64,000 bases of DNA, from assembly GCA_051362555.1 (NCBI GenBank), contig CM120643.1, positions 20,154,848-20,218,847 of the forward strand, read 5' to 3'. The notes beneath the pieces were generated by a model, which saw only the letters and a list, made by a program, of their open reading frames with translations, had not been told where the DNA came from and searched no databases. The position numbers and the translations under genes were made by a program. Shown in pieces: positions 24,701 to 38,753 of this stretch; positions within the stretch are counted from its first letter, which is position 1, and the number at the start of each line of letters is the position of its first letter. This stretch comes from Lingula anatina. Its lineage: Eukaryota > Animalia > Brachiopoda.

Positions 24701-27700
24701 TGCTGATTTTCGAACTTGACCTGCGTTTTATGAATATTCATCAGCTCTGTAAATATTAAGCCAAAAAGTAAAACTGCCCTCCACTTATCGTGTTTACAAG
24801 GAAAGTGCACGGCGACGGCATCGGCATCGGCATCGGCGACGACAGACGCAGGTGATGACAATGTGACTAGCAAAGGTCTTCAGGCCCATGGAACTTCAAA
24901 GTCACATCTTGAAAATGCCAAAATGTAAACAAGACAGCACTCTTCTGAAATGGGTTTATTTCCGTTTTTAACACTTTTTTAACATAAAACAAAATAAACA
25001 TTTTACTGCCATTTTTTTATGACCAACTAAGAAAATTGATGAGATGAGAAAAGTATCAATAGAATAGTGTTAAATGTCCAATTTCCTCCATTCTGAGATT
25101 CTGAACATAGTGGATGATTGAATCTGACAAACTGCAATGATATGAGTTTATTTCCGTTTTTGACACTTGATTACACAATACATGATAACAAGTTTACCAT
25201 CATTTTTATATAATCAACTAACAATGTTGTAAAGATGCAGGAAATGTCAAACAAACACTTTTACGTATCTTATTACTTAAATAATAAGGCTTTTAACATG
25301 CCTAAGAATTAAATCTGAGGAAATCTGAGGAAATGTGAAAAAACAGCATAACTTCTAAAATAATGCCCCGATTATGCTGATTTTTGAACTCAACCTGCGT
25401 TTTAGTAAGACTGACCATTCCTGTGAGTTTAATGACAATTGGGCTTTCTGTTTTTCTTATATTGTGTTTACAGTGTTGCATATATGCTTAACAATGAAAA
25501 AACCCGCATAACTACTAAAATAGTGGCCCGATCATGCTGATTTTCGAACTTGACCTGCGTTTTAGTAAGATTGATTACTCCTGTGAGTTTCGTGACAACA
25601 AGCCTAACGGTTTTCCTTGAAATGTGTTTACAAGGTTGCATATATGCTGAAAAGTGAAAAAACAGCATAACTTCTACAATAATGGCCCGATCATGCTGAT
25701 TTTCGAACTTGACCTGCGTTTTATGAATATTCATCAGCTCTGTAAATATAAAGCCAAAAAGTGAAACTGCCTTCCACTTATCGTGTTTACAAGGAAAGTG
25801 CACGGCGCTGGCGACGGCATCGGCATCGGCATCGGCATCGGCGACGACAGACGCAGGTGATGGCAATATGTACAGACACATCTGTGTCTGTACATAAAAA
25901 AAAGCATAACTACTAAAATAGTGGCCCGATCATGCCGATTTTCGAACTTGACCTGCATTTTATGAATATTCATCAGCTCTGTAAATATACAGCCAAAAAG
26001 TAAAACTGCCTTCCACTTATCGTGTTTACAATGAAAGTGCATGGCGCCGGCGACAGCGACAGTGACGGCAACGACGGCGACGACAGACGCAGGTGATGGC
26101 AATATGTACAGACACATCTGTACATATGAACTGTACTGTTTGAGAACAGTAAGTGACATGGTTTTTCTTAAATGGTCATCATGGGAGCAGTGCCCAAAAT
26201 AGGTTTTTTTCAAATTTTGACGCAATATTACATAATGTTTAACAGCATAATGATCATCAATTTTTAATAATTAAATATTAGTATCATGGACAAATAGTAA
26301 ACGTGACTAACAAAGGTTTTAAGGCTGATGGAACTTCAAAGTCACACCTTCAAAATGCCAAAATGTAAACAAGACCGCACTGTTCTGAAATGGGTTTATT
26401 TCCATTTTTAACACTTTTTTAACATAAAACAAAATTAATAGGTTACTGCCATTTTTATAAGATCAACTAAGAAAATTGATGAGATGTGAAAAATATCAAT
26501 AGAACAGTGTTAAATGTCCAATTTCTTCCATTCTGAGATTCTGAACATAGTGAATGATTGAATCTGACAAACTGCAATGATATGAGTTTATTTCCATTTT
26601 TGACACTTTATTACACAATACACGATAACAACTTTACCATCATTTTTACATAATCAACTAACAATGTTGTAAAGATGCAGGAAATGTCAAACAAACACTT
26701 TTACGTATCTTATTACTTAAATAATAAGGCTATTAACATGCCTAAGAATTAAATCTGAGGAAATCTGAGGAAATGTGAAAAAACAGCATAACTTCTAAAA
26801 TAATAGCCCGATTATGCTGATTTTCGAACTCAACCTGCATTCTAGTAAGACTGACCATTCCTGTGAGTTTAATGACAATTGGGCTTACTGTTTTTCTTAT
26901 ATTGTGTTTACAGTGTTGCATATATGCTGAACAATGAAAAAACCGCATAACTACTAAAATAGTGGCCCGATCATGCTGATTTTCGAACTTGACCTGCGTT
27001 TTTGTAAGATTGATTATTCCTGTGAGTGTCATGACAACAGGCCTAACGGTTTTCCTTTAAATGTGTTTACAAGGTTGCATATATGCTGAAAAGTGAAAAA
27101 ACAGCATAACTTCTACAATAATGGCCCGATCATGCTGATTTTCGAACTTGACCTGCGTTTTATGAATATTCATCAGCTCTGTAAATATAAAGCCAAAAAG
27201 TAAAACTGCCTTCCACTTATCGTGTTTACAAGGAAAGTGCACGGCGACGGCATCGGCATCGGCATCGCCATCGGCGACGGCGACGACAGACGCAGGTGAT
27301 GGCAATATGTACAGACACATCTGTGTCTGTACATAAAAAAGTCAGCAAAATGTTTGTTCGAACCAAAGAACAACAATTATTGGCAGTGTATCAATTTGTT
27401 GAGCACTGTTCTTGGCAAGGAGTCTTTAGGTTTCAGTTTCATTTCACAGCTTGTAGATACAGATACAGGCCTACCCAACTACCAGACTCGGCACCAAATG
27501 ATCTTGAATTCACCTGTAGATTGGACAACACTACCCGTTTTCAAGGTGTGTATCGGTATGCGCTTCAGAGTATCAGACGCGACACCACTCTTGCCTAGTA
27601 CGCGATGTGATAGTGATGATTCTTAGCAGAGTTGGAAAGTAGTGCATCTTATCTCAAAATTTGTTCAGGAGTATGATACTGTGAAATGTGTACTGACGAA

Positions 27701-30516
27701 CACCTTGAAAAAGGGTAGTGTGGTCTGATCTACCGGTGAATTCAGGATCATTCGGTGCCAAGTCTGGGAGTTGGGTAGGCCTGAAGATAGAGCAGTTTGT
27801 CATATTCAAACTGCTCTATCTTCTTTGTAAAAGTTCTCACAAAAAAACTAATGACTATACATATTTGCAGCAGCTACAAATTAAGCAAGTAATAATCAAG
27901 TACATAAATTAAGAACAGACAAGTCATCATCTGCAGGCCTTCTAACATTCACATTTAACCATAACATACATGTACTTCTTTAAGTGTATTATTCAAAATA
28001 CTGACAACCAAAAGGAAACATGACGTATTTAAAGAAACCAACCTCCGTTTCCTCCCAGTCAACTTTGCTGTCTTCCTCAGGATGTCGTACACCTGTGAAG
28101 CATTTCATGATTCCTTGACATATCCACCTCCGGAAGCCAACGGTTATAAATCTACTTAAGGTACTTACAGCTATGGGCCAGAAGTGTCTTGTTAGGTCAC
28201 ATTCATTTTGACTCTGGTAAAGTCAGGATATTAGAAAGGGGGGGGGGGGGGGGGGAGGTGTCAAATTAATTCATTCATCAATCCCCCATCCAATGAAAAT
28301 TGGGAAAATGAAATATGAAATATGGTTCTACTGATTGTTCTAATATTTATTTTCATCATCTCCCTTATTTCAGAGATGGAAAGTGTGCCAGATAAACAAT
28401 TTTGTATTTTTAGAAGGGTGTGGATCCCCCCATGATAGTGGCACTTCTAATACCTTGTGTCTTCCCTGTCTATTACTCCAGAGTATGAACCAAATTTGAG
28501 TTATTTTTAGCTCAAAATCATTTTTCCATCATTTTCAATCAAATTCACATCTAAACACACTCATATGTAAAATCGGTTAGTAATAAATCACCTTCAATAT
28601 CTAAACTGATAATTTAAAGAAATGCATTCTGCTTGAGTATCTAACAAAAATCACATAGACCAATATGTTAGCTAAGTTTCATATCACTGATTCAGAAGTA
28701 ATACTGATTCATACTGAAAGGCATCATACCATACCATACTATACTGAACCAAATCATACTATACCATACTGAACTGCACCAAACTATACCATACTGAACC
28801 ATACCAAACAATACTACAACAGGCCCATAGCCAGCAAATTCAAAAGGGGGGTTCTTTTTCTGAAAAAGTGGACCTTTTACAATGAAACTTGTGTATGTAG
28901 ATAAATTTTTACCCAAAATGGACCTTTTCCTGACAAAAGGGGCGGTTCCTTCGAACCCCCTGAACCCCCCTGTCTACGGGCCTGTATAAAATACTGAATT
29001 GCATCATGCTGTACCATACTTATTGCACAATGTGCTCCTGAATTGCACAGTACTGACTGTGATCTTATGATAATTTACTATACCACAGTGTACTGTACCA
29101 TACCATAATCTACTTTACTGCATGTACCATATTGTATTGTAAAGTAGTAACTGCACATAGCATATCATACCATGCCATGATGAACTGCACCTTTATTGTA
29201 CTACAGCATATTGTACTCTACTATCATGCCATACTGGGATAGCGCTAGCAATTTTTTCCGCTTAGCCAAATCATCACTTTTTTGTCAATTTGTTATGAAA
29301 ATGGTTTTAATTTGACTAAAATTCATCAAATCAAGTCCTTTTTGTTTAGCCAATTTAAGTCAGTTTTACCATTTGGCTAAATTGGTGAGTGCTAGCACAA
29401 CCCCAGCCATAAATTGCTGTACCATAATGGTCTGTACCACATGGCACTGTCCTGTACCACATGGCACTGTTCTGTACCATAAATGTTCTGTCCTGTACTG
29501 TTCTTGGCACACAGAGCATGTAAACTAGGAGGAAAGTCACCATAGTGGTCAACTTTTTCTTTGTTCATTTAGTAACCAAACTCATTATAAATGATAAGAA
29601 CAGGCTTTTTGAGTAACTTGAATGGTTTAAAAGGAAAATATTAGTAGCACTTATATTTTTTTCTTTTCTTTCTTCTCTGTTTCCAGAAGCCGAGCCCATT
29701 AAAAAAGACAAGTTGTAAATGAAACCCACTGTAAATGAAAAACCAAACATATTTTCAGTTATTTCAGTATTTGCATATAAACTGTAATCAGTTCCTAATG
29801 TTTCAGTTTTATGTTACTAATTGGTTTGTGATGAAACATCCTCTTCAAAGGCTTCTTTGTCACATAATGCTAATAAAAATAGTTCCCAGGTGAATTCAAT
29901 TACAGTCATTTCATAACCTAAGCCACAAAAACTTCATTAAAAATATTAGTATCATTGATATTTTTTCTTTTCACTTTTCTTTTTCTCTGATGACATTTTC
30001 TGTTTCAAGAAGCCAAGCCCCATAAAAACAAACATACAAAACTCACTGTAAATGAAAAAACAAGCATATTTTTGTTATTTCAGCATTTGCAAATAAACTT
30101 TAATCAGTTCCTCACGTTTCAGTTTCAAGTTACTAATTGGTTCGTGATCTATCATTCTCTTGAAAGAGTTCTTTATTAAGGCATGATAATGAAGCTCCTT
30201 TTAAGGTGAATTCAATTACACTCATTTCATAACTGAGGCTGCAAAACATCATTTTACATGTCAAAAACAATTGGAACATTCACCAATGTCTCAAAAATAA
30301 AAAACAACATTTTGGCAAATGTGCAAATAAAATTTGCAATTCCAATATTGCTGTAATTACACCTGGTGATAAATTGCAAAGGACTGATATTTTCAATAAC
30401 TTATTAGGGATGGGCCTAACACAAAAAATTTAAAATTTATTTAAAAGATGTTCTTATCCTTGCAAAAGCTGAAAAGTGTATAAAAACCTTTAATCAAGTT
30501 AACAAATATCCAACTT

Positions 30517-30556
<40 letters not shown>

Positions 30557-33500
30557 ATCAAATCTATTAAAGGATTAAAAGGATAACAACAGTTACTGTT
30601 CCTTTTGGTCAAAAGACAGATTTTCCTGAGGTAAATGATGATTTCCCCACACTTACCAATGGTTAATGAAGTTTGGTTTTTTGTAAGAATCTAAGAGATT
30701 TTTATCATAGAGGTATAGCCATCTATGAAGGTCCATGTGTTCTTGATGACAAGCACAGATTATAGAATAATTGTGATAATTGCTGTTTTGGTGGTAAAAC
30801 AGAACTTATTATATTTCCACGACTTGTTTACAATGTATTTATTGTGAAATATGAATCTCATACGAACAGTTTTTTTCCCTTCAGAATTGGCTTCTCTCAG
30901 AACAAAAAATGTCAGCTTGTGTTCAAAAGGGAACCGGGAAAAATTTCTTTTTTATCCTATATCAACAATAAATTCTAAGTATATCATACACTACCTTTCA
31001 GCTCTACCAACCCTGCCAATTCGGTGAACATAATTTTCTTTCTCGTCTGGAAGTGTCACATTTATCACTATAAAAAAGCAAATATTATGATTAAAAAATT
31101 ACAGTTGCAAATATTTTTAACTGCCTCATGCAAATTAATGAATTCATGGCAGGCCAGTTCATAATCAAGTCTAATTCCAATCTTGCCTGGGTCAAATGAG
31201 AATTATAATAAACACATCTTCATTTAACACAATTTTGACATCTTTGAAGGGCATATTAGCCCCTCCACCCACTAAAAAAACATAGAAGCAATCACAAATA
31301 TTAAAACTTGTTGTATATCGCGGGCTTTGAGAGTTAATAAGATATCAGGACACAGAGTGGATGGAGGCTGTCTTCTGGTTCAACCCAAAAATGCTCAGAA
31401 TTTTTCAAGTTTACATTCATGGGCATGTAATTTTTTCGGAAGACAATCAAAAGTGAAGGATATATGGATCAACAAAGATAATTTATAAGACTGTCAGAAA
31501 ATATCTCTGGATACCACCCCTGTGACACTTGTTGATAAGATGGACAACAGATGGACATTAAAACTAACCATATGGAAGTCCGTGGATGTCAATACCTCTG
31601 GCCGCCACATCTGTGCATATGAGGAATCTGACCTCATTATTCTGAAAAATAATTAAACAAAAAAATTAGAAGTTGGGAAAACTAAGTGAGAAGCATAAAC
31701 AGCTATACATGTAATAATCACACAAGTTGCATGGAAACATTTCTGAAGGTTTTTTTGCAGAATGGGAAGGGGAAACCAAAAACTGTTTTCAAAGGTACCA
31801 GACATCTGTGTCTGAACTTTATAGTGATCAAAACCCTTTTTTTTTCATGAGAAGGGCAAGATGAATAAAAAAATTATACAACCAACAAGACTAAACACAC
31901 AAGATACAGCAGAACTTGAACTATCACACAATGTGAAGGAAAAACCACAAACTCTTCCCAAGCACTGTTGCAATCAAAGATGAGAGAAGTCATGGAGCCT
32001 TTGTAAAGGAGACCCTATGCAGTTCATAAAAATTTGTATTATATCCAAAAAACACATGATGTCTGACAAGCTTCCTCGAGCAGTTAAGGAGTAATAAACT
32101 ATCGGGTGTTGATAAAGCCAATTCCCCTTACTGCATTTTATCGAGAATCCTCTACAGATTTGGACTGACCCAGCTAGTACGATGTGTGAATCCAAATGTG
32201 CCCTTTCAGACTAAAAAATTGGACTATTTCTGTCCTGACTTAAGTTATCTATCTTGGGTCAAAGCAGACTAAAATTTTGGTCCAAAAAATTCCAATTTTC
32301 AGGATAAATGTCATTAGTCACACTGGCTATTAGACTATATTAATTCCCTCCTAACTCCCCTATAATGTAATAATTCTTAAATTACTGTTTTATTTATCAT
32401 TATAAAAGATTTTTTTATTTTCTCCATCATCAATAGATATATATTAGTTAATTGGTTATATTTTTAGGTCACTTTAAAAAGAGCATATAATGTTTAAAGC
32501 GATTTTCCATCTTTACATGTATATGTATACTATTATATAATTTTCATGAACTAATAAATATGTATTAATAAATTAATTCCCAGGCAAGACCCAGACTGAT
32601 AAAGCTAGTCACAAGTGCATGTGTACTCTTAGCTAGTAATTTGTGAGGCATTAATATGTACCACAACTGGATCTACGCCAAATCGTAATCTTATTATCCA
32701 ACCACAACGCTTTAGATCTTAAGTTAAGCTATGGGATATTAGCAGCCAGACAGATTTAAAAACAAAAAATAAATAAAATAAATGAAAAATCCATACAATG
32801 ACTACACATTCATGCAGGTGTAGATAAATCATGTTTTTCCAAACTGATATCCTTTGGGATAAACCAAACAGGCAGTACAGGCAACTACCTGATTAAAAAA
32901 TTGTTAGGCCAAACAGGTAGAAATAAATGTTTATTAAACATTTCGAGAGTATCTAATCAAAATTGACAGTGAAGTTAGGTTTCCAGTCCTGGTTTGGGCT
33001 TTTTAACTCTGTGCAACCCATCACAAAGGGCAGTCTGATTATGATGACCTCACCATAGACAGCGCTTTTTAACTAAACTGCCCACTGTCCCACCTACCAC
33101 CTCTGTTATGGCAATCATCCAAAATAACACTCAAGTCTCACCACTTAGGGCTCATTCCCATTGAAAATATCAGTCTACGTAGATCAATCCAACTCTGCGT
33201 GGGCTCTCGCCCAATGCAATCAGTTTAATAGATGAACATTTCCAGCATACAGAGTTTTGTACTTATTGCTAGAAATTTGACTACACCTGACACAGATTAC
33301 TGCATGTTTTCTAGTCTTGTATAATGTCACTCTGAGCATATGGCCTAATTTTAGGCTCTTGGATGATTCACACTGTCATACAAGTTGTGTAATTAGACTG
33401 ACTTGTGGTAAGTTATCTGCAATCAGCAAGCATACAAAGATGGGTTATAATGAGTTAAGATGTTCAAACTTGACTGGAGACATGTCCCTGCAGGCTCGAT

Positions 33501-35170
33501 CTATTAAACGTTATTAACAGATTTTGCAGTTTTGGTCTTGTTCACAAATACCCCTTTCACACTACAGTCATTTAAACGGTTAAATAACAAATTAGGTCGA
33601 GATTCGAATTATTGCAGTAGTTTGAACATATGAAGATTTTTGTAAACCAGTTTCTAAAAATCCTACTTGTGAGCTGGATTTTCTCCAGCGATTCGGTTAC
33701 TTTACCAGAAGGGCCTCCTGTTTAGATCGCACTGCGCATGCGCCAGCAAATCTCGCAGGAAAGAAAAGCAACATGCCAGGTCAGTGGACCCACAAAGAAA
33801 TTTCTTGTTTGATTGATATACGGAGGCAGGATAAGCACCAAAAAAGCCTAACAAAGAAGAGGAATCAGCATGTCTACAATGACATAGCCCAAAGTTTTCA
33901 TGGATTCTGCGCATGCGCGATTCTTCAAACCGGAACCTCCACCCGGATTTTCAGTGCAGTTTCCCTTTGCTATGTGTGGCCAGACAATCGAATCGGATTT
34001 TTCACCCGTAATTCGCATTGCAAAAATTAGGATATTTCAGATTGTAGTGGGGTAAAAGTCATCAGTGATTCATGCTTTGCATGTCACTTGCTGAATAAAC
34101 CTTTATGTACTCAAATGGATATTCAGTGACAAGAAATTAAAGTTAATGAAGTTCTGTGAACCCAGCCATGGTTTGAAATTGGTTCAGTGCTTTTAATTTG
34201 AAGTTAGAACTCAATTGCATGACTACATGGCATAGTAGTAAAGCATATAATAACATCCATTTCCAATGACTATTATTTATTATGTTTCTAAGAACATATT
34301 AAACCTTTGCAGCAAAACAATTTTACACTGATATCAGCAATAAAATGAATCCTACCTTGAACTTTTCCAAATTGGCCTTTCTCTCTTGTGGTTTCCGGTC
34401 ACCATGTAGGCACACACAAGAAAATGGGCTATTTCTTTGATGAGGACCTAAAGCAGAGGAAACATCACAGAATAAGATTTTAGAGCCACTTCAAAACAAG
34501 GCACTTACATGTCATGTTACTAAACCTGAAATAAGATTGGCCCCATTATACATTACCTGTTATAATGGGCCCAAGAAATAAGCTTGATTTTCTAGTCCTT
34601 TTTATAGGTGTAATCTGGCTGCCTAGCTAGATATTCTAATCTCCCATTCCCTTCCTCTAGCTTGCTATCATGAAATAAACAATTATCATGTTTTTTTTTG
34701 TAAATCACTATCATTAGGTTTTGAATTAAAATGAGTAAACGTAAAACAAAAGTAAATGTGTGTACTTATTTCATTAAAGGCAAAAGCTTTTATCATTTAG
34801 TCTTTAGAAAAGTATGAATTTCCCAAGAGAACCCTATGTGGCTACCCTTTTTTTTACCTTCAATACTACCTAGCCTCCTACTTTTTCTAGTTGTTTTTTC
34901 TTCTATTACATTTTTCTCACAAAACTTCATTCTGTATGTGTGTCCTTTATTTTACCTATATAGACCTTTTGTATGATCTACTTTTTACTTCATCCTTGTT
35001 TATGTTAATTAAATCATCATACTTGTAAATCACTAAATTTCTCTACTTTTTGGTGTAATTTATCTGGTCTGTAGCTGGCATTTTCAAAGGGGGCTCTTTT
35101 TCTAAAAACAAAAGAACATTTTACTACAAAATCTTTGTGTAGGCTGTGAGTGACTCTTTCCTGGCCAAAT

Positions 35171-35207
<37 letters not shown>

Positions 35208-38160
35208 GGTGGTCCTTGCACATCCTCCAAAACCCTTGCTTATGGACCTAGAATACAAGGTAAATACCATTAAACCTGTGTTTTTCCCTTAATACTCGAC
35301 AATAAAGCCTTTATAAATTGCCATCCTGTCACTACTTCAGAATCATCTTTCTGTTTTCATCAAGCCTAAGTTAATACTGGCCAACAGACTGCCCTAATGA
35401 AAGAGCCTAGTAAAATGTCCAAGCTTGCTGTTGTCTGTCACTGATAATCAATGGCATCCCTAGCATGATAAACAACTGGAAGAAAAAGAACTACATTATC
35501 GTATGTCAATTTTCTCTATTCAATAATATCACCTGCTTCCATTGTAATTTATAAAGGTATCTATTTTCAAAAAACAATTGTAACAAAATGCATGAATAAA
35601 TAATTTTTTTTTATTTTTGTTTGGCAAAAAAAGTACTTGATTCAGAAAGTAAAGCCCTCATCCTTAGACATTTTGAAACCTACTAGTGGGTTATTAGTTA
35701 TTATAACCAGTTCTCCTTCTCAAATATAGAATTAGCAGAGAAAGGTCTTTCCATTATTTTAACTTCAAGCCCACTTTAAACGCTCTTAACATTTCACTGG
35801 ACATCGTTCAACATTTGTAGAACGATGTTTATTGATGTTCAGTGATGTTTTGCTCTCAACAATTTTCATGCAACATTTGTTGGGCGATGGAAACACGCCG
35901 TCTGTCACTTTGATTGCTTTGCCAACCAGTGTTGTAAAATCACCAAATAATTAATAAACTGGGTGAAAATAAAATGATCAATGACTGCCCTTTTAGGCTA
36001 CCTCAAGGAAAAAATTCCCATCAAATGAGTGTCACAAAATCTACAGTACCTTGACTAATATGGGATGGAGCCTCAATCTTCAGTATGCAGAGTTTGGAAA
36101 GAGGAATCAAGTGTGCGTGCGCCGACTGAACATTGTTGGATGGGTTGTTAAAAATCTCTCAACATGTTTCAACAACAACAAATGTTGAGTCAACCCACTG
36201 AACATTTAAAACTTGGTTCAAACTTCACTGCACATCAATGAACATCACTCAACAAAGTGTTAAGATGCTTTCAACATTTACCCTCAACAAATGCAGAACA
36301 ATGTTCAGTGAAATGTTGAGAGCGTTTCTACTGGGCTTGGGGGAGATCTGTATGTTAAGATTATTTCCTTATCTGCTTACATAATGCTGAAACAGATATT
36401 ACCATGTTATGAGATAATGCCAAAAATACATAGGGATGAATTTGCTTACTCAAGCTGTATGATGATGTAACAGCAGCTTTTTTGGGTTGAAAACTGTAAT
36501 GCAGATTTCAAACAGATCTCACTCACCTGAACTGCTATCAAGAGCATTTTAACATCTATTTAATAACAACAATAAGTACTATAATCTGGTGACAGGGAAT
36601 TTTCTTGAAAGACTTACTTTAAATTTTATCAATAAAAAGGCACAATAATGCCTTTGGTTAATGGAACCTCATTATCATTGAAACATATCTCTTAAAAAAA
36701 TTAATTAAACACTGACACCAGATTGTAGTTGTTATGAAGCATGCCAATTTTCATGATAAAATCTTAGTTACCTCCAATATTTCTGTGACTGTCAGTAATA
36801 CCCACATATTTCATAAGCTCTTGATAAAAAGAAAAACAATAATTTAAACTGATACATACAGAACTAATGAAACTGTTCTCTCATTAATAATTTTCATTTA
36901 TAAAGCAGCTAAACTGACAATTAATGCTTGGCCACTTTATATACAGAAGCTATTTGGATGATGAATCAAAAAACAAAAAAACGAAATTTGTGCTCTTAAA
37001 GTGTTTATTTTTATTGCAACTGTATTATGATGCGTATTTCTCACAAAAGAAAATGGGGGAAAAAACTATTATGCCAAATTTAGGACTTTATAACATATTG
37101 ATCCCCCTAAGTGCACTTCAGGTAAGCAATTCGAAACATTTTTCTGTATCTCCTTCATCATATAAAGTTCATCAAAGTGTTCCAGCTTCCAGGTATATTC
37201 TTTTACTAATAAAAGATGCTTGTTATTGTCATAAATGTCACGTACAATGTACATTATACTAATAGTACCTTCTACATTATACTAAAAGTACCTTCTTCTG
37301 AGAGAAATAGTGGATTTGGAATCCCGAGAGAATAAAGTCCCCAGCTGTAATACCACAGATTCCCTGTCCTGGTGATCATGCCACTTTCAAAAAGTACATG
37401 AAGCCAAATTGATCATTCTTTCAACTATCTTGGCTATCTAGGGATATTAGCTTGACTTTACTGGGTCCCTCAAGGATCAGGTTCAGTTGAAAAACATTTA
37501 TCTACAATTTTTCCGACCTATGATTAATTGGTTTATTCACTGGACTGTTGTATGTGGCACTGCATGTTTAATTTACTTCACTCTTATTATGAAGTAGGTC
37601 CTTGCTTTTATAACGTGGTGATTTCATAATGTGGTGATACATTCACCTCATAACTTCTGACCTTTTTCCTTTGGACTGGTCATTTTGAAATTCAAGTTGT
37701 GAAGTGCAACTAAAAATCAATCTGTAATCAAGCACATTAATAAACACCAATTTAGAGGACTGTTATAATAATGAAGCATAATGGGGCTTTTAGTGAAAAA
37801 AAAGAAATGCTTTTTTTTAACCATTTTTTTTACCATTAAAGAAATAAATGTTAAGTTCAATGTTATGATACAACATAATAGCTCTATGAAAGGAGGCCAA
37901 TATGTCAAAATAAAGATTTACTAAATACAAACCAATCCAAGTGTTGAACAATGGTTCAAAATGAATTTTGTCACTCTGCTTAATTTTTAATAATGAAAGA
38001 ATGGAAAGGATTTCCGATAATTATGAAGTTAATCAACAAATAAAAACCTTACAAATATTTCAAACAAGGAGTTGTTAATTCAAGGGAAAAAGGAAAAAAA
38101 GAGGAAAAGCAACTAAAGCACAATCAAAATGTTATAATTGAAAACCTAGCCCCCCCCCCC

Positions 38161-38191
<31 letters not shown>

Positions 38192-38686
38192 AATAAATAA
38201 ATAAATAAATAAATAAAAATAGCATGCTTATCAGACACTCGAACACATTCACCTTGCACCGTGCATGCAACCAGATGCCAATTTCAGAAACAGACAATCT
38301 TGCAGGGTTGCTTATTAAATATTCATTGAAGTCCCAGATAAGACATAAGCACCTTTCACATTTGAAAGAAGAGGCCATACTCCTGTGCTTAAAGCACCAG
38401 ATCCTATTTAATAATTACTATCAGGAAGACAATATTCCACCAAAGATCAATGAAGTTTCCTATAATAGCAGTCTTCAAAATGTCATTAAGGATTAAGATA
38501 TGGGTACTATGTCACGCAAATGACAACGGAAGCAGGTACTCTTCAAGAAAGTATTGAATGACATTATTGAACAAAATGTCAGTAATGATAAATGAGGTTC
38601 AACAGAAAAACTTGACAATATATAATCATGTTTAAAAAATGTTAATTCACATCAAAATATCCGTATTCCAACCAAAAAAAAAAAAA

Positions 38687-38753
<67 letters not shown>

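Larger units (their letters stand above)
21046..27450. repeat. Old ~595-bp tandem duplication; copy 1 at 21046-~21630, copy 2 at 21641-~27450 split by two HINE insertions
   Basis: Copy 1 aligns in order to 21641-21902, 23703-24039 and 27338-27450. Confidence 0.8.

Noticed and set aside
22081-27376. Family of paralogous ORFs ([19 protein letters not shown]...)
   Set aside because: These are chance translations of the non-coding HINE 5' microsatellite and 161-bp monomers; frames break differently in each copy.
35171-35206. Long poly-G runs as functional G-quadruplexes
   Set aside because: These are homopolymer expansions inside MITE family D; length is unreliable and there is no evidence of function.
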